Of a DNA stretch of 50,683 nucleotides, positions 20,197 through 28,924 are shown piece by piece. Made by a program: the position numbers and the translations under genes. The DNA comes from Corynebacterium sp. (GTDB taxonomy: Bacteria > Actinomycetota > Actinomycetes > Mycobacteriales > Mycobacteriaceae), in the NCBI RefSeq assembly GCF_012837295.1, contig NZ_DURI01000373.1, positions 1 through 50,683 on the forward strand. Reading direction: 5' to 3'. The stretch's first letter is position 1, and each line of letters begins with the position of its first letter. Below the pieces are notes generated by a model. The model worked only from the letters and a program-made list of their open reading frames with translations, had not been told where the DNA came from and did not search any database.

Positions 20197-22073
20197 TTCG
20201 CCTCCTGCGGCTCGGTGCGGGCCCGGCCCGCTTTACGACGGTTGGCGCCCCGGTCCGAGGCCAGCTTCATCACCGAACCGAACCCGTTCATCGACGGCTT
20301 CGCCAGCGACGGGAACTTTCGCGTCGCCAGGATCACCAGCGGCGCGGTGACCAGGAAGGCCGTGACGATGTCGAAGATGGTGGACAGGCCCAGGGTGAAG
20401 GCGAAGCCGCGGACGTCGCCGACCGCCAGGACGTACAGCACGACTGCGGCGATGACGGACACGAAGTTGCCCGCGAGGATCGTCCCCTTGGCGGAGCGCC
20501 AGGCGTGCGGAACCGCCGAACGGAACGTGCGGCCGATGCGCAGCTCGTCCTTGATGCGCTCGAAGAAGACGATGAAGGAGTCGGCCGTGGTGCCGATCGA
20601 AATGATGATGCCCGCGATGCCCGCCAGATCCAGCGAGTAGCCGATCCAGCGGCCCAGCAGGACCAGCACGCCGTAGATCATCGCGCCGGACGCCGCCATC
20701 GAAATGATGGAGATGGCGCCGAGGCCGCGGTAGAGCGCCAGGGCGTAGAGCACGATGAGGCCGATGCCGACCAGACCGGCGAGCACGCCGGCCGACAGCG
20801 ACGCCGAACCCATCGTGGCGGGGATCGTCGTGGCGGTGCCGCCCGGTTCCCCGTCCTCGCCGGCGAAGCTCAGCGGGAGGGCGCCGTAGCGCAGGTTGTT
20901 CGCCAGCGTCTGGGCCTCGTCGATGGTGAAGTCGCCCGTGATGCGGGTGGCCTGGCCGACCGGGGTCGGGTCCTGGATGACCGGGGCCGAAATGACCTCG
21001 GAGTCCAGCACGATGGCCACCTGGCGCTGCAGGTAGTCGGTGGTCAGCTGCGTCCACGTGCGGCCGCCCGCGTCCTCGTTGCCCGACTTGAAGCTGAAGG
21101 ACACCTGGACCTCGCCGGACTGCTGGTCGTAGCCGCCGTTGATGGGCGCATTGGTGTCGATGTCGTCGCCGGACAGGCGCTTGCCGTCGACCTCGTCGGT
21201 CTCGCCGACGAGCAGCGGCGCCGGATCGAGCAGCATGGCGCCGCCCGGGTTGTTAGGGTCGCAGGTGACCAGCGGCTTCGCCGGATCATCCGCGCCGGCC
21301 AGCGGGTCGGCCGCCTCGGGGTCGTCGCAGCGCATGAGGGTGGTGGCCGCGAAGAGCTTGGTCGGGTCATCGGACTGGCGGGAGTCCAGGAGGACCTCGC
21401 GGACCTTCTCGCGGCGCTCGGCCGCCTCGACCGAGTTCGCGGGCTCCGGCGCGGCCTCGGCGTCGACGGTCTGGACGGGGCCCAGGTCGCGCTGGAGATC
21501 CGCCGGGACGGGCTCATCGGGGTTCTGCTGCTCGAAGGCGGTGCGCCGCTCCTCGATGTTCTTGCCCCACTGGTCGTGGAGCTCCTTGAGGTTGGCGTTG
21601 GCGTCCTCGGGGGTGAGCAGCCCGACTTCCACCCAGTCATCGGCCATCGTCTTCGTGACCTCCGCGAGCGCGGCCTCGTCCGGGTTCTCCGGCGTGGCCA
21701 CGGGGCGGAAGAACAGCTGCGAGGTCTGGCCGAGGGCGCGGGCCTCCTGCGAATCCTCGCCGGGCACGGTGATCACGAGCGTGTCGCCGTCGGTGACGAC
21801 CTGCGCGCCGGTGACGCCCATGCCGTTGACGCGGTTCTCGAGGATGCGGCGCGCCTGGTCCAGCTGGTCTTGCGTGGGCTGCTCGCCCTGCGGGACGAGG
21901 GTGACGCGGGTGCCGCCCTGCAGGTCGATGCCGAGCTTCGGCGTCGCCTCACGGTTGCCGGTGAAGAACACCAGGACGTAGGTCAGCACGAGCAAGGCGA
22001 CGAAGAGCAGCAGCGACCACTGCGGCCATTTCGCGCGGAAACCGCGGTTGGCGCCGCGGGATGGGCTTGCCAA
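20193..22073 (-). CDS. secD: Protein translocase subunit SecD
   Basis: LGIDLQGG, RVNGMGV, AIVLD, LRYGALP, ADSFIVFFERIKDE, VRGFAFTL. Confidence 0.96.
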   Translation of the reverse strand: MASPSRGANRGFRAKWPQWSLLLFVALLVLTYVLVFFTGNREATPKLGIDLQGGTRVTLVPQGEQPTQDQLDQARRILENRVNGMGVTGAQVVTDGDTLVITVPGEDSQEARALGQTSQLFFRPVATPENPDEAALAEVTKTMADDWVEVGLLTPEDANANLKELHDQWGKNIEERRTAFEQQNPDEPVPADLQRDLGPVQTVDAEAAPEPANSVEAAERREKVREVLLDSRQSDDPTKLFAATTLMRCDDPEAADPLAGADDPAKPLVTCDPNNPGGAMLLDPAPLLVGETDEVDGKRLSGDDIDTNAPINGGYDQQSGEVQVSFSFKSGNEDAGGRTWTQLTTDYLQRQVAIVLDSEVISAPVIQDPTPVGQATRITGDFTIDEAQTLANNLRYGALPLSFAGEDGEPGGTATTIPATMGSASLSAGVLAGLVGIGLIVLYALALYRGLGAISIISMAASGAMIYGVLVLLGRWIGYSLDLAGIAGIIISIGTTADSFIVFFERIKDELRIGRTFRSAVPHAWRSAKGTILAGNFVSVIAAVVLYVLAVGDVRGFAFTLGLSTIFDIVTAFLVTAPLVILATRKFPSLAKPSMNGFGSVMKLASDRGANRRKAGRARTEPQEAK

Positions 22074-22170
22074 GGGGAACTCCTGGGGGTGTGCGGGTCG
22101 GTGGACCGGTCGTGTCCCGTGCTCGGCACGGGTTCGGCGGACCCCGTGGTCGGGGCCCGCTCGGAGGGCC

Positions 22171-22536
22171 TTAGACGGCGTCGTCGCCCGTGGTGCCGCG
22201 GTTCGGGGCCTTCGGCTCGGACTCGCGGACCTGCTCGGCCTGCGGCGCCTGCGCGGTCTGCGGGGCGGCCTTGGACTCTTCCTCGTTGACGTTGCGGACG
22301 ATGGCGGCGCGCTCCCAGCGGGTGACGATGCCCTCGGCGATCTCCAGGTCGACGGTCTTCTCGTCCACGGCGACGACGATGCCGTGCTGGCCGGAGCCGG
22401 TGAGCACCTCCGCGCCCGGAGCGAGGCGGGCCTGCATTTCGCGGATCTGGCGGAGCTGCTTGTTCTGGCGGAAGGTCGTCCAGATGGGCAGAGCCAGCAG
22501 AACGACCATGAGGATCAGGAGAAGAATCGGGTCCAT
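22171..22536 (-). CDS. yajC: Preprotein translocase subunit YajC
   Basis: N-terminal TM, LAPGAEVLTGSGQHG and LEIAEG. Located between ruvB and secD. Confidence 0.88.
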   Translation of the reverse strand: MDPILLLILMVVLLALPIWTTFRQNKQLRQIREMQARLAPGAEVLTGSGQHGIVVAVDEKTVDLEIAEGIVTRWERAAIVRNVNEEESKAAPQTAQAPQAEQVRESEPKAPNRGTTGDDAV

Positions 22537-22608
22537 GAGCGGAGAGTCTAACGTCTGGGCCCCGCAGCCTCGCGACCCCCGTGCCGGTTGAGACGTGGCT
22601 CACGTGCC

Positions 22609-23658
22609 TCACCGGAGACCGATGGCGCCCTCCGGCGGTTCGAGGCCGAGGTGGCGCCAGGCCGTCGTCGTGGCCACGCGACCGCGCGAGGTTCTGGCGA
22701 TCATTCCCGCGCGGACGAGGTACGGCTCGCAGACCTCTTCGACGGTGCCGGGCTCCTCGCCCACCGCCAGCGCCAGCGAATTGACGCCGACGGGACCGCC
22801 GCCGTGCCCCCTGACCAGCGCGTCGAGGACGGCACGGTCCAGTCGGTCGAGGCCAAGCTCGTCGACGTCGAACACGAGCAGCGCCGCTCGCGCGGCCCCG
22901 ATGTCGATGACTCCCCCTGCGTGGACATCCGCGAAGTCGCGGACGCGGCGGAGCAGGCGGTTGGCGATGCGAGGCGTACCGCGCGACCTCGAGGCGATCT
23001 CCACCGCCGCTTCGGGGCTGACGTCCACGCCGAGGATGCCCGCGGCACGGGTGACCACCTTGGTCAGATCCGGGACGTCGTAGAACTCCATCTGCGCGGT
23101 GAAGCCGAATCGGTCGCGCAGAGGACCGGTGAGCATGCCGGAGCGGGTCGTGGCGGCCACGAGGGTGAACGGCGGGATCTCCAGCGGGATCGAGGTCGCG
23201 CCGGGACCCTTGCCCACGATGACGTCGATCCGGAAGTCCTCCATGGCCATGTAGAGCATTTCCTCCGCAGGCCGGGCGATGCGGTGAATCTCGTCGATGA
23301 AGAGGACGTCGCCCTCCATGAGGTTGGACAGCATCGCCGCCAGGTCGCCCGCCCGTTCCAGCGCCGGACCCGACGTCATGCGCAGCGACGTGCCGAGCTC
23401 CTGGGCGATGATCATGGCCATCGTCGTCTTGCCCAGGCCCGGCGGCCCCGACAGCAGAATGTGGTCGGGCGTCACGCCACGCCCGCGCGCGCCGCCCAGG
23501 ACGAGCTCGAGCTGACTGCGGACCTTCGGCTGGCCGATGAACTCGTCCAGCGACTTCGGGCGCAGGCTGACCTCGGCGTCGACCTCGGCCGACTGGGCGC
23601 GCGCGTCGACGTCGCGCGGGCCCGTGAGGTTGAACTCGGTGCGCTCCACATCAGACAT
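22609..23658 (-). CDS. ruvB: Holliday junction branch migration helicase RuvB
   Basis: [47 protein letters not shown]. Confidence 0.98.
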   Translation of the reverse strand: MSDVERTEFNLTGPRDVDARAQSAEVDAEVSLRPKSLDEFIGQPKVRSQLELVLGGARGRGVTPDHILLSGPPGLGKTTMAMIIAQELGTSLRMTSGPALERAGDLAAMLSNLMEGDVLFIDEIHRIARPAEEMLYMAMEDFRIDVIVGKGPGATSIPLEIPPFTLVAATTRSGMLTGPLRDRFGFTAQMEFYDVPDLTKVVTRAAGILGVDVSPEAAVEIASRSRGTPRIANRLLRRVRDFADVHAGGVIDIGAARAALLVFDVDELGLDRLDRAVLDALVRGHGGGPVGVNSLALAVGEEPGTVEEVCEPYLVRAGMIARTSRGRVATTTAWRHLGLEPPEGAIGLR

Positions 23659-23686
23659 GATCAGTCATCCTATTCGTCGCGCCGGC

Positions 23687-24316
23687 TCAGGCGCCCAGGG
23701 CCTTCAACGAGGCGCGCAATGCCGCCGACGTGTCCAGGGACGGATCGGCCGCGAGCACTTCCTCCACCGCCGCGGCAGCCTCCTGCTCCCGGAACCCGAG
23801 CCCGGTGAGAGCGCCCACGACCTGGTCCGCGTCGGCCGCGGGCACCGTCGCGTTCGCGCCCGGCCTGGCTTGCGCCGCTCCTTCGCCCGGGCCCCCGGTG
23901 GCCGGCGGCGCGGCGAAGGGCGCGACCTTGTCCTTGAGTTCCACGAGCATCCGCTCGGCCATGCGTTTGCCCACGCCATTGGCCGACTGCAGCCGCTTGG
24001 CGTCGCCGCCGGCAACCGCCGCAGCAACGTCGGCCGGATCGAGCACCTGCAGCACCGCCATGGCCAGCCGCGGCCCCAGCCCCGACACCGTCTGCAACAG
24101 CTCGAACATCTCCCGCTCCGCCGCCGCCGCGAACCCGTACAGGGTCATGGCGTCCTCGCGGACCACGAGCGTGGTCAGCAGAAAACCCTCCTCGCCCCTC
24201 GCCAAAGTGGCCCCCGTCCGGGCGGTCACGGTGATCAGATGGCCGATCCCTCCGCACTCGACGACGACGTGGGCCGCGCCCAGGTCGATGACCGTGCCGC
24301 GCACCGATGCGATCAC
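23687..24316 (-). CDS. ruvA: Holliday junction branch migration protein RuvA
   Basis: [21 protein letters not shown], HhH VSGLGPR and [20 protein letters not shown] overlap with ruvC. Confidence 0.96.
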   Translation of the reverse strand: MIASVRGTVIDLGAAHVVVECGGIGHLITVTARTGATLARGEEGFLLTTLVVREDAMTLYGFAAAAEREMFELLQTVSGLGPRLAMAVLQVLDPADVAAAVAGGDAKRLQSANGVGKRMAERMLVELKDKVAPFAAPPATGGPGEGAAQARPGANATVPAADADQVVGALTGLGFREQEAAAAVEEVLAADPSLDTSAALRASLKALGA

Positions 24317-24822
24317 TGCAATGCCTCCTTCGCGCGCGCCAACAGCGGCGCCCGCCAACAATGGCAGATGGCCAACGCCAGGGCGTCGGCGGCATCCGCC
24401 GGCTTCGGGGGTTCGGACAACCCGAGGATCCGGGTCACCATGGTGGTCATCTGCGCCTTGTCCGCGCGGCCGTTGCCCGTCAACGCCTTCTTGACCTCCG
24501 ACGGCGTGTACATGTGCACCGGCAGCCCTCGGCGAGAGGCGGCGAGCATCAGCACGCCGACCGCGTGGGCGGTCTGCATCACCGTGGAGACGTTGCCCCG
24601 CTCGAAGATCCGCTCGATGGCGACCACGTCGGGCTCGTACCTGTCCATCCACTCTTCGGCGGCGTTCGACAACCGCAGCAGGCGATCGGGCAGCTCGGCG
24701 TCCGACGGAGTCCGGGCCACGCCCACGGCGATCGGCGTCACGGCCCGGCCGCGCCCGCCGTCCGCCACCGACAAACCGCACCGGGTCAATCCCGGATCGA
24801 TCCCCATGACCCGAATGGTCAC
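24313..24822 (-). CDS. ruvC: Crossover junction endodeoxyribonuclease RuvC
   Basis: [37 protein letters not shown]. The start position is approximate. Confidence 0.96.
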   Translation of the reverse strand: MTIRVMGIDPGLTRCGLSVADGGRGRAVTPIAVGVARTPSDAELPDRLLRLSNAAEEWMDRYEPDVVAIERIFERGNVSTVMQTAHAVGVLMLAASRRGLPVHMYTPSEVKKALTGNGRADKAQMTTMVTRILGLSEPPKPADAADALALAICHCWRAPLLARAKEALQ

Positions 24823-24877
24823 CGCTGCCCCGCTCTCCCGATCAGTTGCCAAGTCCGCCCCATTCATACCACACCAT

Positions 24878-24893
24878 CCGAACAGGTGTGCGT
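24878..24893. promoter_or_regulatory. LexA (SOS) box-like site upstream of ruvCAB
   Basis: CCGAAC-AGGT-GTGCGT versus the actinobacterial consensus TCGAAC-N4-GTTCGA. Lies just upstream of a TGG-TATGAA extended -10-like element on the minus strand. Confidence 0.6.
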
Positions 24894-24992
24894 CACCGTC
24901 GCAAAGCAGGCGGCCGGGCCAGGGGCAATCGAAAGTCGGAGGGCCCGGCCCGTCTTGGTCGCGGCCCGCCCCACCACGTAGTTTTGAGCATC

Positions 24993-25454
24993 ATGGACAC
25001 GCCCAAATCCCTGTACCGCAAGCTCGCCTTGGCCGAGATGGTCACCTGGACCATCCTGATCATCGGGCTCATCCTGAAGTACGCGGCGGACATGCCGCTG
25101 GCCACGCGCATCGGCGGCTCGATCCACGGTTTCGTGTTCCTGTCCTACGCCGCCGTGACCATCCTCGTGTGGGTCAACCAGAAGTGGTCCTTCGGCCGCG
25201 GCATCCTGGGCCTGGGTTCGGCGATCATCCCCTACATGACCGTGCCGTTCGAGCGCTCCACCGAGCGCGCCGGCAAGCTCGACGGCCCGTGGCGCTTCCG
25301 CGACACCGACGAGGCCCCGCGCACCCTCCCGGAGAAGGTGCTGGCCCCGATCGTGCGTCACCCGCTGGCCGCGGCCGTGGCGATCCTCGTTGCCGTCGCC
25401 ATCGTGTTCGCCCTGCTGCTCAACGCCGGTCCGCCGACCGAGTGGTTCAGCTGA
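24993..25454 (+). CDS. DUF3817-family membrane protein
   Basis: ALAEMVTW, GSIHGFVFLSY, SAIIPYMTVPFE, plus an extra C-terminal TM. Confidence 0.85.
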   Translation: MDTPKSLYRKLALAEMVTWTILIIGLILKYAADMPLATRIGGSIHGFVFLSYAAVTILVWVNQKWSFGRGILGLGSAIIPYMTVPFERSTERAGKLDGPWRFRDTDEAPRTLPEKVLAPIVRHPLAAAVAILVAVAIVFALLLNAGPPTEWFS

Positions 25455-25459
25455 CCCAC

Positions 25460-26425
25460 GTGACCGCGCCGACTTCCGGCGGCGCCGTTCCGGGGCCCGA
25501 CGTCCTCGCAGCGGTGCGCTCCGCCTTCCCCGACGTGACGTGGCAACGCGTCCATTTCCCCGACCAGGGCCTCGACCACCATGTCGCCGTCCTGTCGGGG
25601 GTTTCCGGCATTGCCGGGGTCGAGGACGGCGGAGACCGCTCGCCCACCGTCGTCGCCCGTCTGGCCATCGCGCCGGGGGTCGTCGGCCGCGCGGACGTCG
25701 AGGCGGGCGTCCTGGCCGCCGTCGATCGGCGCGCGCCGGCCCCCGTGCCGGTGGCGCTGGCCACGGACTCCGACAGCCTCACGCTGGCCCGGCACATCCC
25801 AGGAGGGCCTTTGTCGGATGCGGTGTGGGCTTCGCTTGACGACTCCCGCCGCCGCACCATCGCCGCCCACCTCGCGGGCACTCTGGACGCCGTCCACGGA
25901 CTGGACCCCGCCGAGCCGATGCTGGCGGGCGTGGGCGCGTCATGGTTCCCCGTCAAGCACGCGAAGTTGACCGACGCCGTCGCCTCTCACGTCCTGCCGG
26001 TTCTCGATGGCCGCGATGCGGATGCGACGCGGGCGATCATGGAGCAGGCCGAGACCACGTTCATCCGGGAACCGGTCTCACCGCGGCTCGTCCACGGCGA
26101 CCTCCACGAAACCCATCTGCGGTGGGACGGTGGCGCGGACGCCGGCGGGGCCGGGACATCCTTCGGCCTCATCGACTTCTCCGACATGACCCTGGCAGAT
26201 CCCGCCATCGACGTCGCGCACCTGTCCGGCATCTCCCCCGAGCTGCACCGGCGGGTCATCTCCGACCTGGCGGCCGCCGACGAAGATCTCGAACGGCGCG
26301 CGGGCATCTACTCCCGGTGGGACGCGGTGTTCCTGCTGGCCGACCACCTCACGACGGGAAGAACCCCGGAAACGACGGCGCGCGCCCTGTTCGGGCGCGC
26401 GCTGGAGTCGATCCGGGGTCTGTGA
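25460..26425 (+). CDS. Aminoglycoside-phosphotransferase (APH)-family kinase
   Basis: C-terminal third of the 23537..26425 ORF, from GTG 25460. LVHGDL and GLIDFSD...DPAIDVA motifs. Confidence 0.8.
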   Translation: MTAPTSGGAVPGPDVLAAVRSAFPDVTWQRVHFPDQGLDHHVAVLSGVSGIAGVEDGGDRSPTVVARLAIAPGVVGRADVEAGVLAAVDRRAPAPVPVALATDSDSLTLARHIPGGPLSDAVWASLDDSRRRTIAAHLAGTLDAVHGLDPAEPMLAGVGASWFPVKHAKLTDAVASHVLPVLDGRDADATRAIMEQAETTFIREPVSPRLVHGDLHETHLRWDGGADAGGAGTSFGLIDFSDMTLADPAIDVAHLSGISPELHRRVISDLAAADEDLERRAGIYSRWDAVFLLADHLTTGRTPETTARALFGRALESIRGL

Positions 26426-26493
26426 ATCCCAGTCGCCGAGGCTGAGCCGTCGGCGGTGTACGCGGCGCCGGGGCTGCGCCCGGCACCACGGCC

Positions 26494-27252
26494 TTACGCG
26501 TCGAGCTCGGCGAGGACCTCGTCGGAGATGTCGGCGTTGGAGTACACGTTCTGGACGTCGTCGGAATCCTCCAGGGCGTCGACGAGGCGCAGGAACTTCT
26601 TCGCGCCGTCGGCGTCGAGGGCGACCTCGGTGGCCGCACGGTAATCCTGCTCGGCGGAGTCGTACTCGATGCCGGCGTCGACCAGCGCGGTGCGCACGGA
26701 CATCAGATCGGTGAAGGCGCTGACGACCTCGAAGTTCTCCTCGAGATCGTTGACCTCCTCCGCGCCCGCGTCGAGCACGGCCATGAGCAGGTCATCCTCG
26801 GTCAGGCCGGACTCGCCCTTGGGCACGATGACGACGCCCTTGCGCTCGAACATGTACGACACCGAACCGGAATCGCCCATGTTGCCGTTCTGCTTGTTGA
26901 ACGCGGAACGAACGTCCGACGCCGCACGATTGCGGTTGTCCGTCAGGCACTCGACGATGACGGCGACGCCACCCGGGGCGTAGCCCTCGTAGACGATCGT
27001 CTCCCAGTCCGAACCGCCGGCTTCCTCGCCGGAACCGCGCTTGCGGGCGCGCTCGATGTTGTCGTTGGGGACCGAGGCCTTCTTGGCCTTGCGGATCATG
27101 TCGTCCAGCGTCGGGTTCGCCGAGGGGTCGCCACCGCCGGTGCGCGCCGCGACCTCGATGTTCTTGATCAGCTTGGCAAATTCCTTGCCGCGCTTGGCAT
27201 CGTTGGCCGCCTTCTTGTGCTTGGTGGTCGCCCACTTGGAATGGCCCGCCAT
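26494..27252 (-). CDS. yebC: YebC/PmpR family protein
   Basis: [37 protein letters not shown]. Confidence 0.97.
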   Translation of the reverse strand: MAGHSKWATTKHKKAANDAKRGKEFAKLIKNIEVAARTGGGDPSANPTLDDMIRKAKKASVPNDNIERARKRGSGEEAGGSDWETIVYEGYAPGGVAVIVECLTDNRNRAASDVRSAFNKQNGNMGDSGSVSYMFERKGVVIVPKGESGLTEDDLLMAVLDAGAEEVNDLEENFEVVSAFTDLMSVRTALVDAGIEYDSAEQDYRAATEVALDADGAKKFLRLVDALEDSDDVQNVYSNADISDEVLAELDA

Positions 27253-27345
27253 CTGCTGGTCCAAACTCCCTTTTGTCTCGAGGATGCCGACGGCCCCTCG
27301 ACCGGGGCCGACCGGTCCGCCGGACCAATTCCGGCGGTCGTGGCG

Positions 27346-27351
27346 ATTATA
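27346..27351 (-). promoter_or_regulatory. Consensus -10 box (TATAAT) of a yebC promoter
   Basis: Perfect TATAAT on the minus strand about 94 nt upstream of the yebC ATG, in a very GC-rich background. Confidence 0.65.
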
Positions 27352-27402
27352 CAGGCACGACCCGCCGGATCCCGCAGGCCATTTCGACCGGCGGGCCGAC
27401 TC

Positions 27403-28023
27403 TCACCCGACGTCCAGGCCCGCGCACTCCCGCAGGAACAACCGGTGCACGCGGACGTCCCCGTCGACCTCCGGGTGGAAGCTGGTGGCCATCACCGCAC
27501 CGTCGCGCACCGCGACGATGGCGCCTTCGGCCGGCCCCTCCGGCACCGTGGCCAGGATTTCGACGCCCTCGCCGACCGTTTCCACCCACGGCGCGCGGAT
27601 GAACGTGGCGGGCACGGGATCGTCGATGCCGGCGAAATCCAAATCGGTCTCGAAGGAGTCCACCTGGCGGCCGAAGGCATTGCGCCGCACCGTGGCGTCG
27701 AGCGCCCCCAACTGGACCGCGTCCTCCCGGGTGTCCAGCACGGTCGAGGCCAGCAGGATCATCCCCGCACAGGTGCCGTAGGCCGGAAGACCACTCCGCA
27801 GGGCGTCGGAAAGCGGCTCGAGCAGGCCGTTGAACCGCATGAGCTTCGACATCGTCGTCGACTCGCCGCCCGGGAGGATCAGCGCGGCCAGTCCATCCAG
27901 ATGCTGGGGCAAGCGGACCTTGCGGTGGGCCACGCCGAGCTCGTCCAGGACCCGCTCATGCTCGACAACGCCGCCCTGCAGCGCCAGCACGCCGACGACG
28001 GGCCGGGAAACCGAATCAGTCAA
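27403..28023 (-). CDS. pdxT: Pyridoxal 5'-phosphate synthase glutaminase subunit
   Basis: GVLALQG, PGGESTT, GTCAGMI, RNAFGRQ, FIRAP, SFHPE. Confidence 0.96.
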   Translation of the reverse strand: MTDSVSRPVVGVLALQGGVVEHERVLDELGVAHRKVRLPQHLDGLAALILPGGESTTMSKLMRFNGLLEPLSDALRSGLPAYGTCAGMILLASTVLDTREDAVQLGALDATVRRNAFGRQVDSFETDLDFAGIDDPVPATFIRAPWVETVGEGVEILATVPEGPAEGAIVAVRDGAVMATSFHPEVDGDVRVHRLFLRECAGLDVG

Positions 28024-28897
28024 AGTTCTCCCCCGGCTTCGACTTCGACGCAGGGGTGAACGGCACCGGCTCCACGCCCGGCGGCAAATGCCGGGTCAGG
28101 CCCTCCTGGGTCACCACCGCCACCAGATCACCGGCGCGGTTGAAGATGCGCCCGTGGGTCAACGCGCGCCCCGCGTGGGCCGAGGGCGACACCTGGTCGT
28201 ACAACAGCCATTCATCGGCGCGGAACGGGCGCAGGAACCACATCGCGTGGTCCAGGCTCGCCTCCTGCAGCTTCACGCCGGGATGCGGGACCTTCGCCGA
28301 CGACAACAGCGTCATGTCGGACATGTACGCCAACGTGGACACATGGAAGGTCTCGTCGTCCGGCAGACGCTCCTTCGACCGGAACCACACCACCTGCTGC
28401 GACGGGGTGTACGGGTTGTGCGAGTACTGGTCGGCGGGGACGACCCGGATGTCCCAATCCGACCACTCCGCGAACAGGAGCCGGCGGGCGCGGGGCATGG
28501 TGGAGACGTCGACGACGACGTCCTCCGGGTCCGGCACGTCGCGCATGGTGTCGGAATGCTCGATGCCCGTGTCGCCGCGACGGTGGAAGCTGGCCTGCAT
28601 CATGAAAATCGTCCGCCCGTCCTGGACCGCGCGGACGTGGCGATGGACGAAGGAACGCCCGTCGCGGATGCGGTCGACGAGGTACGTCGTCGGGATGTGC
28701 GGGCGGCCGGGGCCCACGAAGTAGGCGTGCAGCGAATGAACGGCGAACTCGGCGTCCACCGTCCGCGTCGCCGCGGCCAGCGCCTGCCCGGCGACCTGGC
28801 CGCCGAAGGTGCGCTGGAGAACCGATTCGATGACGGGGCCGCGGAAGATGTCGCGGTCGATGCGCTCGAGGTCGAGTACTTCGCGGATGTCAGGCAT
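28016..28897 (-). CDS. tesB: Acyl-CoA thioesterase II
   Basis: FGGQVAGQAL, HSLHAYF, RDGRSF, AYMSD, ASLDHAMWF, QEG. Confidence 0.94.
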   Translation of the reverse strand: MPDIREVLDLERIDRDIFRGPVIESVLQRTFGGQVAGQALAAATRTVDAEFAVHSLHAYFVGPGRPHIPTTYLVDRIRDGRSFVHRHVRAVQDGRTIFMMQASFHRRGDTGIEHSDTMRDVPDPEDVVVDVSTMPRARRLLFAEWSDWDIRVVPADQYSHNPYTPSQQVVWFRSKERLPDDETFHVSTLAYMSDMTLLSSAKVPHPGVKLQEASLDHAMWFLRPFRADEWLLYDQVSPSAHAGRALTHGRIFNRAGDLVAVVTQEGLTRHLPPGVEPVPFTPASKSKPGENFD

Positions 28898-28924
28898 GGT
28901 GTCCAGTATCCCCGATCGCCCCCG

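Noticed and set aside
23537-25459. 962-aa ORF as a large kinase fusion
   Set aside because: The first two-thirds are antisense to ruvA/ruvC and out of frame over the DUF3817 gene. Only 25460-26425 looks like a protein.
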